Shown in pieces: positions 1 to 11,595 of a DNA stretch of 64,000 bases. Position 1 is the stretch's first letter; each line of letters opens with the position of its first letter. This stretch comes from Selaginella moellendorffii (lineage: Eukaryota; Plantae; Lycopodiophyta). The notes beneath the pieces were generated by a model. It did not search any database and was not told the origin of the DNA. It saw only the letters and a program-made list of their open reading frames with translations. The stretch spans positions 267,428 through 331,427 of the forward strand of contig NW_003314399.1 of assembly GCF_000143415.4 (NCBI RefSeq), given 5' to 3'. The position numbers and the translations under genes are program-made.

Positions 1-269
1 TCGATGAAACTCCCGAGCTTTCTGTGAGCCGAGGACGACGGTGGCGATATCGCAGCATCCAGCAGATCCATAAGAGTCGGGAGAGCACCCTCTCCTGCCG
101 TCTCCAGGACCGTAGCGCTCTCCAGAGTGAATCCCTGCGGGAGGCCGCCATCCTTGAAGTAGCTCGACAGCCTGCCGACTATAACTTCGGTTGGATTCTT
201 GGCCACTCCATGGAACTTCTTGAATCCAGTGACGTGAATTCTGGTGACGGGAACTCCCTCCGACCCCAT
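1..269 (-). CDS. Pyroglutamyl-peptidase I (peptidase C15), 5' part; runs off the window start
   Basis: Not in the ORF track (no stop in window). Manual translation from ATG 269: MGSEGVPVTRIHVTGFKKFHGVAKNPTEVIVGRL...TVLETAGEGAL, matching the plant C15 N-terminus (MGSEG..IHVTGFKKF.GV..NPTE). Confidence 0.9.
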   Translation of the reverse strand, partial: MGSEGVPVTRIHVTGFKKFHGVAKNPTEVIVGRLSSYFKDGGLPQGFTLESATVLETAGEGALPTLMDLLDAAISPPSSSAHRKLGSFI

Positions 270-1606
270 TACTTCCTCCAAGCGCTAAAAGACCTGTAAC
301 AGTAGCTCCACTTTGATCAGAGCTCCATGCCTTGACCGCTTCCAAAAGAGGGCAAGCCTCGGGGCCAAAAGTACCAGAGTTAACGGTTGTCACAAGTATG
401 ACCGAGCCATCTCCGAATCTGATTCTCTTCCGCTCTGCCTCTTTGGAGCAAGCTTCCAATCCGAGAATAAGCTCCAGCCGCAGCAATCACAGGGAATCTG
501 TAATAGCCGTGTCGATCATGATCGAAGCACTGTAGCCTGCTTTCCTTTCCTTTTTTATTTCGGCCTTCTTTTTGTGCAGGGGGGACCCCCACTGCCACGC
601 CCGAGTACAGGATTCGCAATATGTCACCTCGTTCCGCACCTACTGTAGAAGAGTTGGCTGCCCTTTTAAAAGTCTCGCTCTCTCCTTCTACACGACTGAG
701 AATGATTGAGGCATAAAAACTGCAGCCCGAACAAAAGCCTGAACAAAAGCCTGCAACCCCGCAATGGTGATGAATGAAGCCGCAAAACACTGACCCGTCA
801 TAGTTGCTCCTAGAACATACTCATTCCTTCACCACCAAGTGCTAAATGTGTGAAATGCTCCTGCACCAACATTGGGAGGTGAGTTTCACCACGTAAACTA
901 TGATTCGCTGCTCAAGTGAAATCCCACAAAGCAAAAAAAAAGTCCAGCTCCATGAATCTTAAATTTCGTCCTTGGCGTACGAAAGTGACCCACACCGATC
1001 TAGATCAAATCAGACTCTATCTAGTAGAGACCGCACTTGGGCAGCAAAAACGAAAAAAAACATAAAAACAAAAGAATCGAGAGAGCGAGAGAACTTATCA
1101 TGGACGGAAAGAACTTTCCTCGCTAAGCTAGCTTCGCGATAGAAAAGAAAGGAAGTGGAGTCTCTCAGCTCCGACAAAAAACCAGAAAAGAAAACAAAAA
1201 AGCTTTGCTCAAAGAGGATGTCACTGGACACACACATGCGCTGCCACGAGAGAGCATACAAAAACGAAAGCTCCATAATGCGCCTTTCGGCGAGAGGAGG
1301 GCGAAGAAAAGAAGAAGAATGCGCGATGCGCGATGATGCTCTCCCAATCAAGCTAAGAATAAAATCCTACGTACCTCGAGACCGGTAGCGCGATCAAATC
1401 ATCGAACCAAGCTCGAGAATCACCCTCGCATTCGCGGGGCGCGCCCTCGCAACGGCAAAAATCCACACTTGCCCTAAAACACAAGGCATATTCGCTGGAC
1501 CCAGGCATATTCCGTTTAAGCAGGCATATTCTCGAACATTCATTAGAATATTTCATCCTTGGGTTGAGGAATTATTCTATTAAGTTTATCAAAACTTTGA
1601 CCTTAT

Positions 1607-2505
1607 TTAGTTCTTCGTTACCAGACGGAGCTGCCCATGCTGGATATCCTTGAAGATGTTAAACGCGGCAGTCCCTGCGAGCGAGCCGTCCACCACCAAG
1701 TCATGGCCGCTCACAAACCTCGACTCATCGCTGGCGAGGAAGAGCGCGGCCTCTGCGATCTCCTCCGGCTCCATCAAGGCCCGGAGATCAAACCCGGGCT
1801 TCCCTGAAAACGCCGCTTGCATCTCAAGCTTGGCCTCCGCAACCGGGACCAAGTTCTCCCAAAACTTCGTCGAGATTTCGGTCACCACCCCGGCCGGAGA
1901 GATGCAGTTCACTCGGACCCCGTGAAAGGCCAGCTCCGAGGCCGCCAACTTTGTGATGCCAACCACGGCGTGCTTGCTGATGGTGTAGGGGTGGAGCGCG
2001 CTGCCAGAGATGATGTGAGCGATGCTGGCCGTGGTGATGATCGAGCCCGAGTTGCGAGGGACCATGACTCTGGCCGCGTGCTTCACTCCGTGAGCGACGC
2101 CTCTCACGTTGACAGCGAGCACGGCGTCGAGGTCGGACATGTCGAGACGGGCGATGGAGTCGGCCGGCTTGGGGCCCGAGATGATCCCGGCGTTGTTGAA
2201 CATGATGCCGAGCGAGCCAAACTTTGAGACGGCCAGGTCCACTGCTGCTGCCACCTGAGACTCCTGAGAGACGTCGCAGTGTGTGTAGTGAGCGCCCGTC
2301 TCGGCGGCCAGCGCCTCGCCGCGGCTGTCTTGGACGTCGGCAATGATAACTTCCGCTCCATGAGCTCTGAATTTCTTGACCGTGGCTGCGCCGATACCCG
2401 AAGCACCACCGGTGACGAGTGCCACTTTCCCTTGGATCCTGGAAATGCTATTACGTTAGAAAGCATAAGAGGAGAAGAAACTAGTAAATGTAACCTGGAA
2501 AGCAT
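1607..2505 (-). CDS. Short-chain dehydrogenase/reductase (SDR110C; ABA2/TS2/momilactone A synthase-like), copy 1, 2 exons
   Basis: MLS/RIQGKVALVTGGASGIG after a short first intron; NNAG motif, YTISK catalytic motif, C-terminal SGHDLVVDGS. Confidence 0.93.
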
Positions 2506-2645
2506 TGTGGGATCTTGCAACACGAGTAGCAAGGCAGCACTGCTCAAGTATTCAAGCCTGTTGCAACGAGACAAAGTCAAAGTCAGACCGCTCGAGGCCT
2601 GGACCTCTCGTGCGTCGGTATCCTCAGAGCTCTTAGTTGATTCAC

Positions 2646-2967
2646 TTATCTGCCCGAGGTCCGTTGATTCACTCTTTGGGCCGTCGGCGGCAATCTTTCG
2701 GAAGGACCCAGCGTCAGTGCCACCCCCGTTTCGTTCTCGATCTGTCTCTTAAGCTGCTGGAGGATTCTGATCTGATTAAGCTTCTCGGGGGATAGTCTGT
2801 CCCAGTAGATTCCTACACACAACAGACAAACTGCATCGATCTTTCAACATGCGCCAAACTTTCTCACCTGTAGGCTTTGGAATGGTTGTGTCTGTAAATA
2901 TAACTTGCGTAGGGGTGCAAATTACGTCCACTGGGACGTCGTGTATAAGCAGCTTGTCCGCTTGAAT
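2646..2967 (-). pseudogene. Duplicated 3' end (last 1.5 exons) of the 5-FCL-like gene
   Basis: [21 protein letters not shown].../[11 protein letters not shown]...GR* is nearly identical to 4766-5088 and is cut at the duplication junction. Confidence 0.9.
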
Positions 2968-3721
2968 CATACTCATTCCTTCACCACCAAGTGCTAAATG
3001 TGTGAAATGCTCCTGCACGAACATTGGGAGGTGAGTTTCACCACGTAAACTCTGATTCGCTGCTCAAGTGAAATCCCACAAAGCAAAAAAGAAGTCCAGC
3101 TCCATGCAGCTCAAGAATCTTAAATTTCGTCCTTGGCGTACGAAAGTGACCCACACCGATCTAGATCAAATCAGACTCTATCTAGTAGAGACCGCACTTG
3201 GGCAGCAAAAACGAAAAAAAACATAAAAACAAAAGAATCGAAAGAGCGAGAGAACTTTCCTCGCTAAGCTAGCTTCGCGATAGAGAAGAAAGGAAGTGGA
3301 GTCTCTCAGCTCCGACAAAAAACCAGAAAAGAAAACAAAAAAGCTTTGCTCGAAGAGGACGTCACTGGACACACACATGCGCTGCCACGAGAGAGCATAC
3401 AAAAACGAAAGCTCCTTTCGGCGAGAGGGGGGCGAAAAAAAGAAGAAGAATGCGCGATGCGCGATGATGCTCTCCCAATCAAGCTAAGAATCAAATCCTA
3501 CGTACCTCGAGACCGGTAGCGCGATCAAATCATCGACCCAAGCTCGAGAATCACCCTCGCATTCGCGGGGCGCGCCCTCGCAACGGCAAAAATCCACACT
3601 TGCCCTAAAACACAAGGCATATTCGCTGGACCCAGGGCATATTCTGTTTAAGCAGGCATATTCTCGAACATTCATTAGAATATTCTATTCTTGGAATAGT
3701 CGAATTGTTTTAGAGCTCACT

Positions 3722-4623
3722 CTAGTTCTTCGTTACCAGACGCAGCTGCCCATGCTGGATATCCTTGAAGATGTTAAACGCGGCAGTCCCTGTGAGCGAG
3801 CCGTCCACCACCAAGTCATGGCCGCTCACAAACCTCGACTCATCGCTGGCGAGGAAGAGCGCGGCCTCTGCGATCTCCTCCGGCTCCATCAAGGCCCGCC
3901 GGAGATCAAACCCGGGCTTCCCTGCAAACGCCGCTTGCGTGCCAAGCTTGGCCTCCGCAACCGGCACCAAGTTCTCCCAAAACTTCGTCACGATTTCGGT
4001 CACCACCCCGGCCGGAGAGATGCAGTTCACTCGGACCCCGTGAAAGGCCAGCTCCGAGGCCGCCGACTTTGTGATGCCAACCACGGCGTGCTTGCTGATG
4101 GTGTAGGGGTGGAGCGCGCTGCCGGAGATGATGTGAGCGACGCTGGCCGTGGAGATGATCGAGCCCGAGTTGCGAGGGACCATGACTCTGGCCGCGTGCT
4201 TCACTCCGTGAGCGACGCCTCTCACGTTGACAGCGAGCACGGCGTCGAGGTCGGACATGTCGAGACGGGCGATGGAGTCGGCCGGCTTGGGGCCCGAGAT
4301 GATCCCGGCGTTGTTGAACATGATGCCGAGCGAGCCAAACTTTGAGACGGCCAGGTCCACTGCTGCTGCCACCTGAGACTCTTGAGAGACGTCGCAGTGT
4401 GTGTAGTGAGCGCCCGTCTCGGCCGCCAGCGCCTTGCCGCGGCTGTCTTGGACGTCGGCAATGATAACTTCCGCTCCATGAGCTCTGAATTTCTTGACCG
4501 TGGCTGCGCCGATACCGGAAGCACCACCGGTGATGAGTGCCACTTTCCCTTGGATCCTGGAAATGCTATTATGTTAGAAAGCATAAGAGGAGAAGAAATT
4601 AGTAAATCTAACCTGGAAAGCAT
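3722..4623 (-). CDS. Short-chain dehydrogenase/reductase (SDR110C-like), copy 2
   Basis: Same motifs as copy 1; intact ORF 3722-4543 plus first mini-exon with ATG at 4623. Confidence 0.93.
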
Positions 4624-4765
4624 TGTTGGGATCTTGCAACACGAGTAGCAAGGCAGCACTGCTCAAGTATTAAAGCCTATTGCAACGAGACAAAGTCATC
4701 GTCAGACCCGCTCGAGGCCTTGACCTCTCGTGCGTCGGTATCCTCAGAGCTCCTAGTTGATTCAC

Positions 4766-6169
4766 TTATCTGCCCGAGGTCCGTTGATTCACTCTTTGGG
4801 CCGTCGGCGGCAATCTTTCGGAAGGACCCAGCGTCAGTGCCACCCCCGTTTCGTTCTCGATCTGTCTCTTAAGCTGCTGGAGGATTCTGATCTGATTAAG
4901 CTTCTCAGGGGATAGTCTGTCCCAGTAGATTCCTACACACAGCAGACAAACTGCATCGATCTTTTAACATGCGCCAAACTTTCTCACCTGTAGGCTTTGG
5001 AATGGTTGTGTTTGTAAATATAACTTGCGTAGGGGTGCAAATTACATCCACTGGGACGTCGTGTATAAGCAGCTTGTCCGATTGAATCTCGTCAACGAGT
5101 TGCTTGTCATGCACTGCTAGAAACAGTGAGAAAAGATTGACAGCAGGATATTGATGCATCTACCTGTGGTAACAATCAAAGTTGAATCGTCTATCGCTCC
5201 CATAAACCGGAGCATCCCATATTCCAACTCCGCGAATCCCTTACAAGACAAGACAAGAAACGTTGATATGCGTTAGTCAAAAAAACATTGGAGACATACC
5301 TCGCCTTTACCAAGACGAGCACCAGTTTTTGGATCCACAGCAACGGAGCCGATCACAATGAGATCCACTTTGAGCTTCGCATCAAGCCCCAACGGCTTCC
5401 CAAACTTCCGAAAGCCTACACACAGTTGAGTAGCGCGCAAGTGCATATTTATATTGAGCGGGCTACCTGTTTGTGTGACAGCCTCCCTCATGTCTCTATC
5501 GTTCATACTTGCTGGATCCAGCATGGAGAAGAAACCAGTTCTAAGGCGTGGTTGCGGTACGAGCAACTTTTTCATGCCTGTCAGAGATAGATTACGATTT
5601 TGAGTATACATAAGGCGAAAGTCATCAATCATACCTCTCAGGGTCATGTATCGCACTGGTTTTTGCGGTGTGTCCGGATTCACCTTGACACACTTCGCAT
5701 CTTCAAAGACTGGCATCTTCCGCAGCTGATTTAGAAATGGGAAAGTAGAAAAAGTCGGCAATCCGAAATACAAAAAAGAAAAGATAAAGACTTTTACCTT
5801 GTCTGCCGCAAGCTCAGCCCCTTGAAAATTTGGAATCCTGTGATGAACTGGTCTTGGCATCTTTGCAATGTCTTCGGCTTCCAGCAAATCCCACACCCGC
5901 TTCCTTATCTGCCATTTCCATGCGCCAGGCCTGTCGTCAGCCTGGCTCTGTTCAGCCACGACTTTCATGGCCTCTCGTGCCTCAGAATCCAGTCTCTTGC
6001 GCTCGGCCTCGGCTTGAGCGTCCACATCGGGGGCTGAATCCGAACGAAGTCTAGCTCGACTCCTTGAGGCTGGCTTGGAAACTACCCACGCCTGATGAAT
6101 CCTTGAACCCAAATTCATTACCCGAGGATAGAAAATGCTGCTCGGAGCCCCTCTCAACGTAGCATCCAT
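4766..6169 (-). CDS. COG0212: 5-formyltetrahydrofolate cyclo-ligase-like protein (COG0212), multi-exon, probable plastid transit peptide
   Basis: [78 protein letters not shown] motifs; stop TAA at 4766. Confidence 0.92.
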
Positions 6170-6298
6170 TGCGTTTTGTACAGCCCTACCGTGCAAGTAA
6201 AAAGAATGGTTTCCAGGTCCCAGAAATCTTACCTCGATTACGTGTGCTCTTTACAAGGTTGAACGCTAGTACTAGGATATTCACATACTTTGTGTAGT

Positions 6299-7839
6299 CT
6301 ACACACCAAACGGATTCGGTGGTGGAGATGCTGCTGGTGCTCCACCAGGCAAAACTTGTACATGTTCCAAAAACACTTCCCTGCGAACAAAAAACTTTCA
6401 ACCTTTAGAAGAAAATGATTGAAGAGCTTACTTGTAAAGAGCAGATGCAGCTGCTGCTCCAAAGCAAGGTCCAAACCAATAAATCCAAAACGAAGCCGAC
6501 CATGCACCCGAAACCACAGCTGGTCCAAAACTTCTGGCGGGGTTCATTGATGCACCCGTGAATGGAACTCCAACCAGGTGATCCACTAGAACAGCAAAAC
6601 CAATCGGCAAAGGAGCAATCACACCTGCGTGAAACTAAACCTTGGTAAGAATAATCAAACATGCACAATGTCAAGTGAATACCAGGTCCTCGTCGATCCA
6701 CAGCCACTCCAAAAATGACAAAGACAAGCACAAAAGTTAGCATGAACTCCATGATAAATCCTTGGCCCGGATAAACACCGTTGGAGAGATCATGAGCTCC
6801 GAGAGCGCCGACCCAAGGCCCCGGCGTGGACCATCTCAGGATTGCTGCTCCCATTATCGCTCCAAACAGCTGTATAGAAACACCACTTTAGATGGAGAAG
6901 CAAAGCCGTATAGATCATGCACACCTGAGCACCAACATATAATCCGGCTCGAAGAAGTGTTTCTTTGCCAGCAACCACGAACGCCAAAGTCACTGCTGGA
7001 TTTAAGTGACCACCTGATATAGCTCCCGTGGCACCGGCTAGAAAAGCAATCGCAAGACCGTGTCCCAAAGCTATGGCTACCAGCCGTGCAGCGGTCATTC
7101 CCGGACCAAGCATTCCTGCAATGTATTTCTCCACGTAAAGCAAAAATCAGCACCTCAACAAGGAAAACCAAAAGACAAAAGAGTCTAGAATGGAGCCAGA
7201 GCTCCTAGATATGGAAGAATTTAGATACCTGAAGCAACGACTGAGCCACAGCCAAGGTAGACGAAGAGTAAAGTCCCAAGGAACTCGGCACCGGCTGCTC
7301 GCCATTGCTCCTTGGATCGCAGTGTCTTGTGATCGCCAAGCTCCACCTAAATCACGCACACACCCATCGATCACAGGACCCTAGAAGAGGAGAGACCCAT
7401 TCATTACCTTCATGAAGTTGAGCATGGAGACCATCTTGAGCGCTCCCTCCACCATATGCTGGACGTGCAAATGCTCGTGAGTATTTTGGGGATGAGTGCC
7501 GCCAGGCCTCGAAGCCGCCGGTGCCGCCGAGGAAGAAGAAGGAATCGAAGAAGGCGCCATCATCGGCCCTCCCATAACACCGCCGCCGCCAGGGCCGCTG
7601 CCAAGACTCCCTCTCATTCCTCCCATGCCGCCCATTCCTCCCATTCCTTGCATTCCATGGATATTTTGCATCCCTCCCATGCCTGGCATGCCGCCCATAC
7701 CTCCTCCTCCTCGCGGCGGCATTCCCCCCATTTGCATCCCGCCGCCATAGCTGCCGGCGAAGAAATCTTGATCCGATGACTGCCCCGCGTCTTGGTAATC
7801 TAGCTGACCGTATGCGTTCTTGAATCGCGGATCCATCAT
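6299..7839 (-). CDS. HIP1: Aquaporin/MIP of the HIP (hybrid intrinsic protein) type with long Gly/Met-rich N-terminus, 6 exons
   Basis: [39 protein letters not shown]. The ar/R filter reads H (LGHG), H (VDHLVG), A, R, the HIP signature. Spliced C-terminus KEVFLEH...PNPFGV*. Confidence 0.85.
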
Positions 7840-8064
7840 CGAAATCTCCCCCCGGCCGCTCACGACTGCGTGGATTCGCGCTCGCGTCTACAACACCACT
7901 GCTCCGGCGAGGATCGCCGCCGCGCACACCGCTGCTTCATGGGCATTCGAGAGAAAACCCTGCTCGGCGCCAAAATCTTTCGGATTTCGAACGACCTATC
8001 CGACCTAGTCAGCCCTAAACCCAAAAGGGTTGTGACTTTGCCTTTAAGAAAATGTCAAATTTAG

Positions 8065-11000
8065 TTTGCGAATAACGCACTATTGTCAAATTAATGTTTA
8101 GAGCATCTTCCATCCCACCAATATTGATTATATATATATTATAATTATTTTATTTCTCACATTCAAAAAAATTATTTGCTTGAGGATACCATCATTTTTT
8201 TTTTATCCCATACCAACTTAAATATTAAATTCAACTTATTATATAATATAACTTTTAAAGGAGTTTTTTTCTTTTGGATTTAGTTCGTGTTTTTCCCAAA
8301 TTGATTGCGTCTACTGATTATTTAACTTTTTAATAAATAAAGTTTACTTTAATATTTTTTAATAATTTATTTCAACACTTTCATTAAGTTATTTAGGTGC
8401 TATTGCCTTTTAGATGTACTAGAGTTGCTTATAATTTTATCATTTCACTGGATTACTATTTTTTTTGTTATTATATTTTCCCAAATTAAAGCATTAATAC
8501 TTTGCTTTTCCTTTCTTATATATTTATTAGCACCCAAAGTTTTATGATTTTTTATGTATAATATCATTTAAATTTTCTCCAACATTATTTTTGGCTCATT
8601 CTTAGCAAAAACATTATTTAAGTTAAGCTTATTATTTTTCTTAATAATATTTTTCTTACATAATCTACTGATTGGAAATGCTAGAACTTAAAAAAATTAA
8701 TAAAAAGGTTTTAGAGTTTTCATTGACAGAATAAAAGATATATATTTCTATACAAGCACAAAACCATATAAAAACTATTTATTTAAGTGAGAGAAAAAAA
8801 AACTTTAAATATAAAATATATTTTGAAAATATTTTTATATTTAAATTTTTCATTTGAGAATATCAAAAATAAAAGAGCTCTATATAATATGTTTATCTCT
8901 TTCAAAAATTCCGTTTACTTTCTAAACAAATCCAAATACCTCTCATGGCTCAACAAATGATGTTATTAATTAAGAAAATGCAAAGCGCTTATGGTATGAT
9001 CATATACATCAAATATGTAAAAGAAAAACTTCATGGTATTCCCATTTTTATCGTAAAATGGATAGATTTGCTCAAACACTAAAAGAAAAAAAAAAATGAT
9101 GCCCATGCCAAACATCTTCAACCCACTTAGAGTTTTTTAATCTCCTGTTCCATAACTGAAAAGCCTTATTGTTTATTTTGAGCAAAAGATTTCTTCCAGC
9201 CAATCAAAGATCACATAATATCTATATAATTATTTAATATTTTAAAATAAATAAAAATTTAATAATTTTTCTGGAATTAGAAATTACTATATAACAATTA
9301 ATTATAGTTATAGAAAATTTAATAGAAATTTTAACAAGTTAAATATTTTATACCATTGTATGAAATTTAAATATTTTAATTTTTTACAAGAAAAATCAAA
9401 AATTCTCTTGAACAAAATTTAAAATGTAACTTTAACTCATAATTAAAATTGAGAACATTTAAGAAAAATAACTTCATAAAAGAGTAATGAAAAAACCATT
9501 AACAGATTAAAATTGAAAGAAACTTTTATTTGTTTAGTTACTAAATTTTTATCTAACTTAAAGTGATCTTTATCGATTTTGATAATCTTATTTATAACTT
9601 CTATATTGTTGAGAAGTCTTTATCATTTAATCAAGAAAAATCAGTCTAAACAATATTAACAACACCAATTATGCTAATGTCATCATTCAGTCACTTATGA
9701 GGGTAACACTAAATACAAATAAATATTTATAAAGATATATTTAGAAAATATTTTACTTTTCCTAATATTCAGTATGTAATTAATATTAATTATTATTATT
9801 TATGATGTGGTAAAAAACATCTTAAACAGTATTTAACTTTGAAAATATCTTATATGGTATATATTTATTACTACATATTAACTTTACAATACTTCAAAAT
9901 TAAGTGTAGTGATTTCAATAAAAATCAAAGCTAAATATGTTAAAAAAGAAGTATCTATATTGCACTTAACTGAATGTAATAAATCTTTTAATACAATTGC
10001 TTAGTCATTACTTAGCTTAGGTAATTCCAAGAAAATCTTATTTTTATACTTTAAACGATAACCATTAAGTTAAGGGGAAATAATGTCAAGTTGATGTTAT
10101 ATTCAATTGTTATATAATTTAGAATTAAAATATATTATTATGACATTTTTAATGCATTACATTAATAGAAAATGATTTTTATATAGTTCTTCTAGATGAA
10201 ATAAATGCATCACAAAACCAAGAAGAAGTAAAAACATTCAGTAGTGACATTATTTATTCCATATCTATAGCATATTAAAATTTAATTATGAAAATATTAT
10301 ATATATGATTAATTATAGAAAACTTGGATAAGTAAATATTGTGGATAAATATGTATATAAATAAAACATGGAGCTAAATAAATTATATTTTCTAGTACTA
10401 AAAACATAGATTTTCTTTAAGATTAAGTTTGAGTTAAATATATTGAAGTGAAAGTCCAAAAATACTAAAGTTAATGTGATATATTAGGAAAATATTACAA
10501 AGAAAAGGAATTACATTCCTACTGAAGTATAAAATATTATATGGAGACATGAGTATGAATATTGGATAGACAAAAGATCTTTTGGATGATCAATATGCAA
10601 TATCATCTCCACTTTTATATTTCACAGAAATATTTGTAAAAGCTCAAGAAATCAAAAGACACTACAAACAATAATATTATTTTGAGGTTTTGTGCATTAC
10701 TCTTGAATTTTGTAAATGGAATCTACCTAACTGGGAATGTTGTAAGGAAAGAATTTTTTTTTTTGGAAAACTCAAAGAAAATTAACAAAGATCTCAAAAC
10801 TTCCTATGACTAGCAATACATCCTAAAGTTGCACTATATATTACATCCAAAAGAATAAAAACCAAGAAAAATCATCTTATAGATAAATATGATATTTACA
10901 AATCTACACTTTGCTTTGCTCCAAATTTAATAAATAGCATTTTAATCATTAGCAAAGTTGGACACAAAAATAAATTGATAAATTTGATTTAAGTTGAGTG

Positions 11001-11388
11001 TAGTTATGCATAATTAAAATGGTTAAACTTTTCCCTCTTCTCTTTGTCATTGTGCTACTAGAAACCCTCTCCCTTTTAGTTTAGATTTCTCCCAAATCCC
11101 AATAAACAATTGGATACAAAAGTACAAGATCAAGAAAAAATATAGAAAAGAACAAGTCCGAAATTAAACACATTTTTTTTGTAAGTGCATGCTTGTGTAC
11201 TTTTGATCATATCTATGATGAAGAAAAAAAAGATTATAAGCATTTCAGTTTTAATTATTTACTTACCTATCACTCAAGTTAGTGACATCATCTTTTTGAA
11301 TGGATGGAAACCCTAAACCCTAAATTAAATATAATGATAAAAAAATGTATTTAAGACTCCCTTTATGAGAAATATAAACTTATATATA
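8065..11388. mobile_element. AT-rich, CpG-poor degenerate repeat block; possible hAT-like transposase relic and Tourist-like MITE (8101-8683)
   Basis: No ORFs. + strand traces FFWK...LAIHP...RIKTKKNHL (10760-10920) loosely resemble the hAT dimerisation domain. tta|gagcatcttcc ... ttggaaatgcta are imperfect TIR-like ends. Confidence 0.35.
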
Positions 11389-11563
11389 TATAAATGCATG
11401 GAATATGGAAAGGGAATACAGAAATGTGCATATTAATTAGCCCAAAAACCCTAGCTTATATACAGGAGCGAGTGGTCCAGATTGAAACCAATCCGACGGC
11501 TACCAAAATCCCACTACGCTAATATTAGTATACAGCATCATAACCGTACACTTGGCACTCACA
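11389..11563 (-). repeat. 3' LTR (175 bp)
   Basis: Direct repeat of 16141-16305; inner end ...cactcaca; outer end tataaatg versus tgtgagtg in the other LTR. Confidence 0.92.
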
Positions 11564-11581
11564 TCATCCCTTCCTCTCGGG
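11564..11581 (-). promoter_or_regulatory. Polypurine tract
   Basis: Minus strand cccgagaggaagggatga immediately precedes the 3' LTR. Confidence 0.85.
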
Positions 11582-11595
11582 ATAATGGAAGACCA

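Larger units (their letters stand above)
816..5088. repeat. Recent head-to-tail tandem duplication, units ~816-2967 and ~2968-5088
   Basis: catactcattccttcaccaccaagtgc occurs at 816 and 2968. ...agcttgtccg(c/a)ttgaatc ends both units. Near-identical sequence throughout, with small indels. Confidence 0.97.

Noticed and set aside
767-793. C-box (GTGATGA) and D-box (CTGA) like motifs
   Set aside because: Only ~27 nt apart, with no terminal stem or guide; too short for a snoRNA.
1650-4659. Long overlapping + strand and alternate-frame ORFs over the SDR genes (likewise over ABCG, KEA, maturase and the His-rich gene)
   Set aside because: Shadow ORFs of GC-rich coding sequence; no recognisable motifs.
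11308-11324. aaaccctaaaccctaaa as an interstitial telomere
   Set aside because: Only two units; common telo-box motif.
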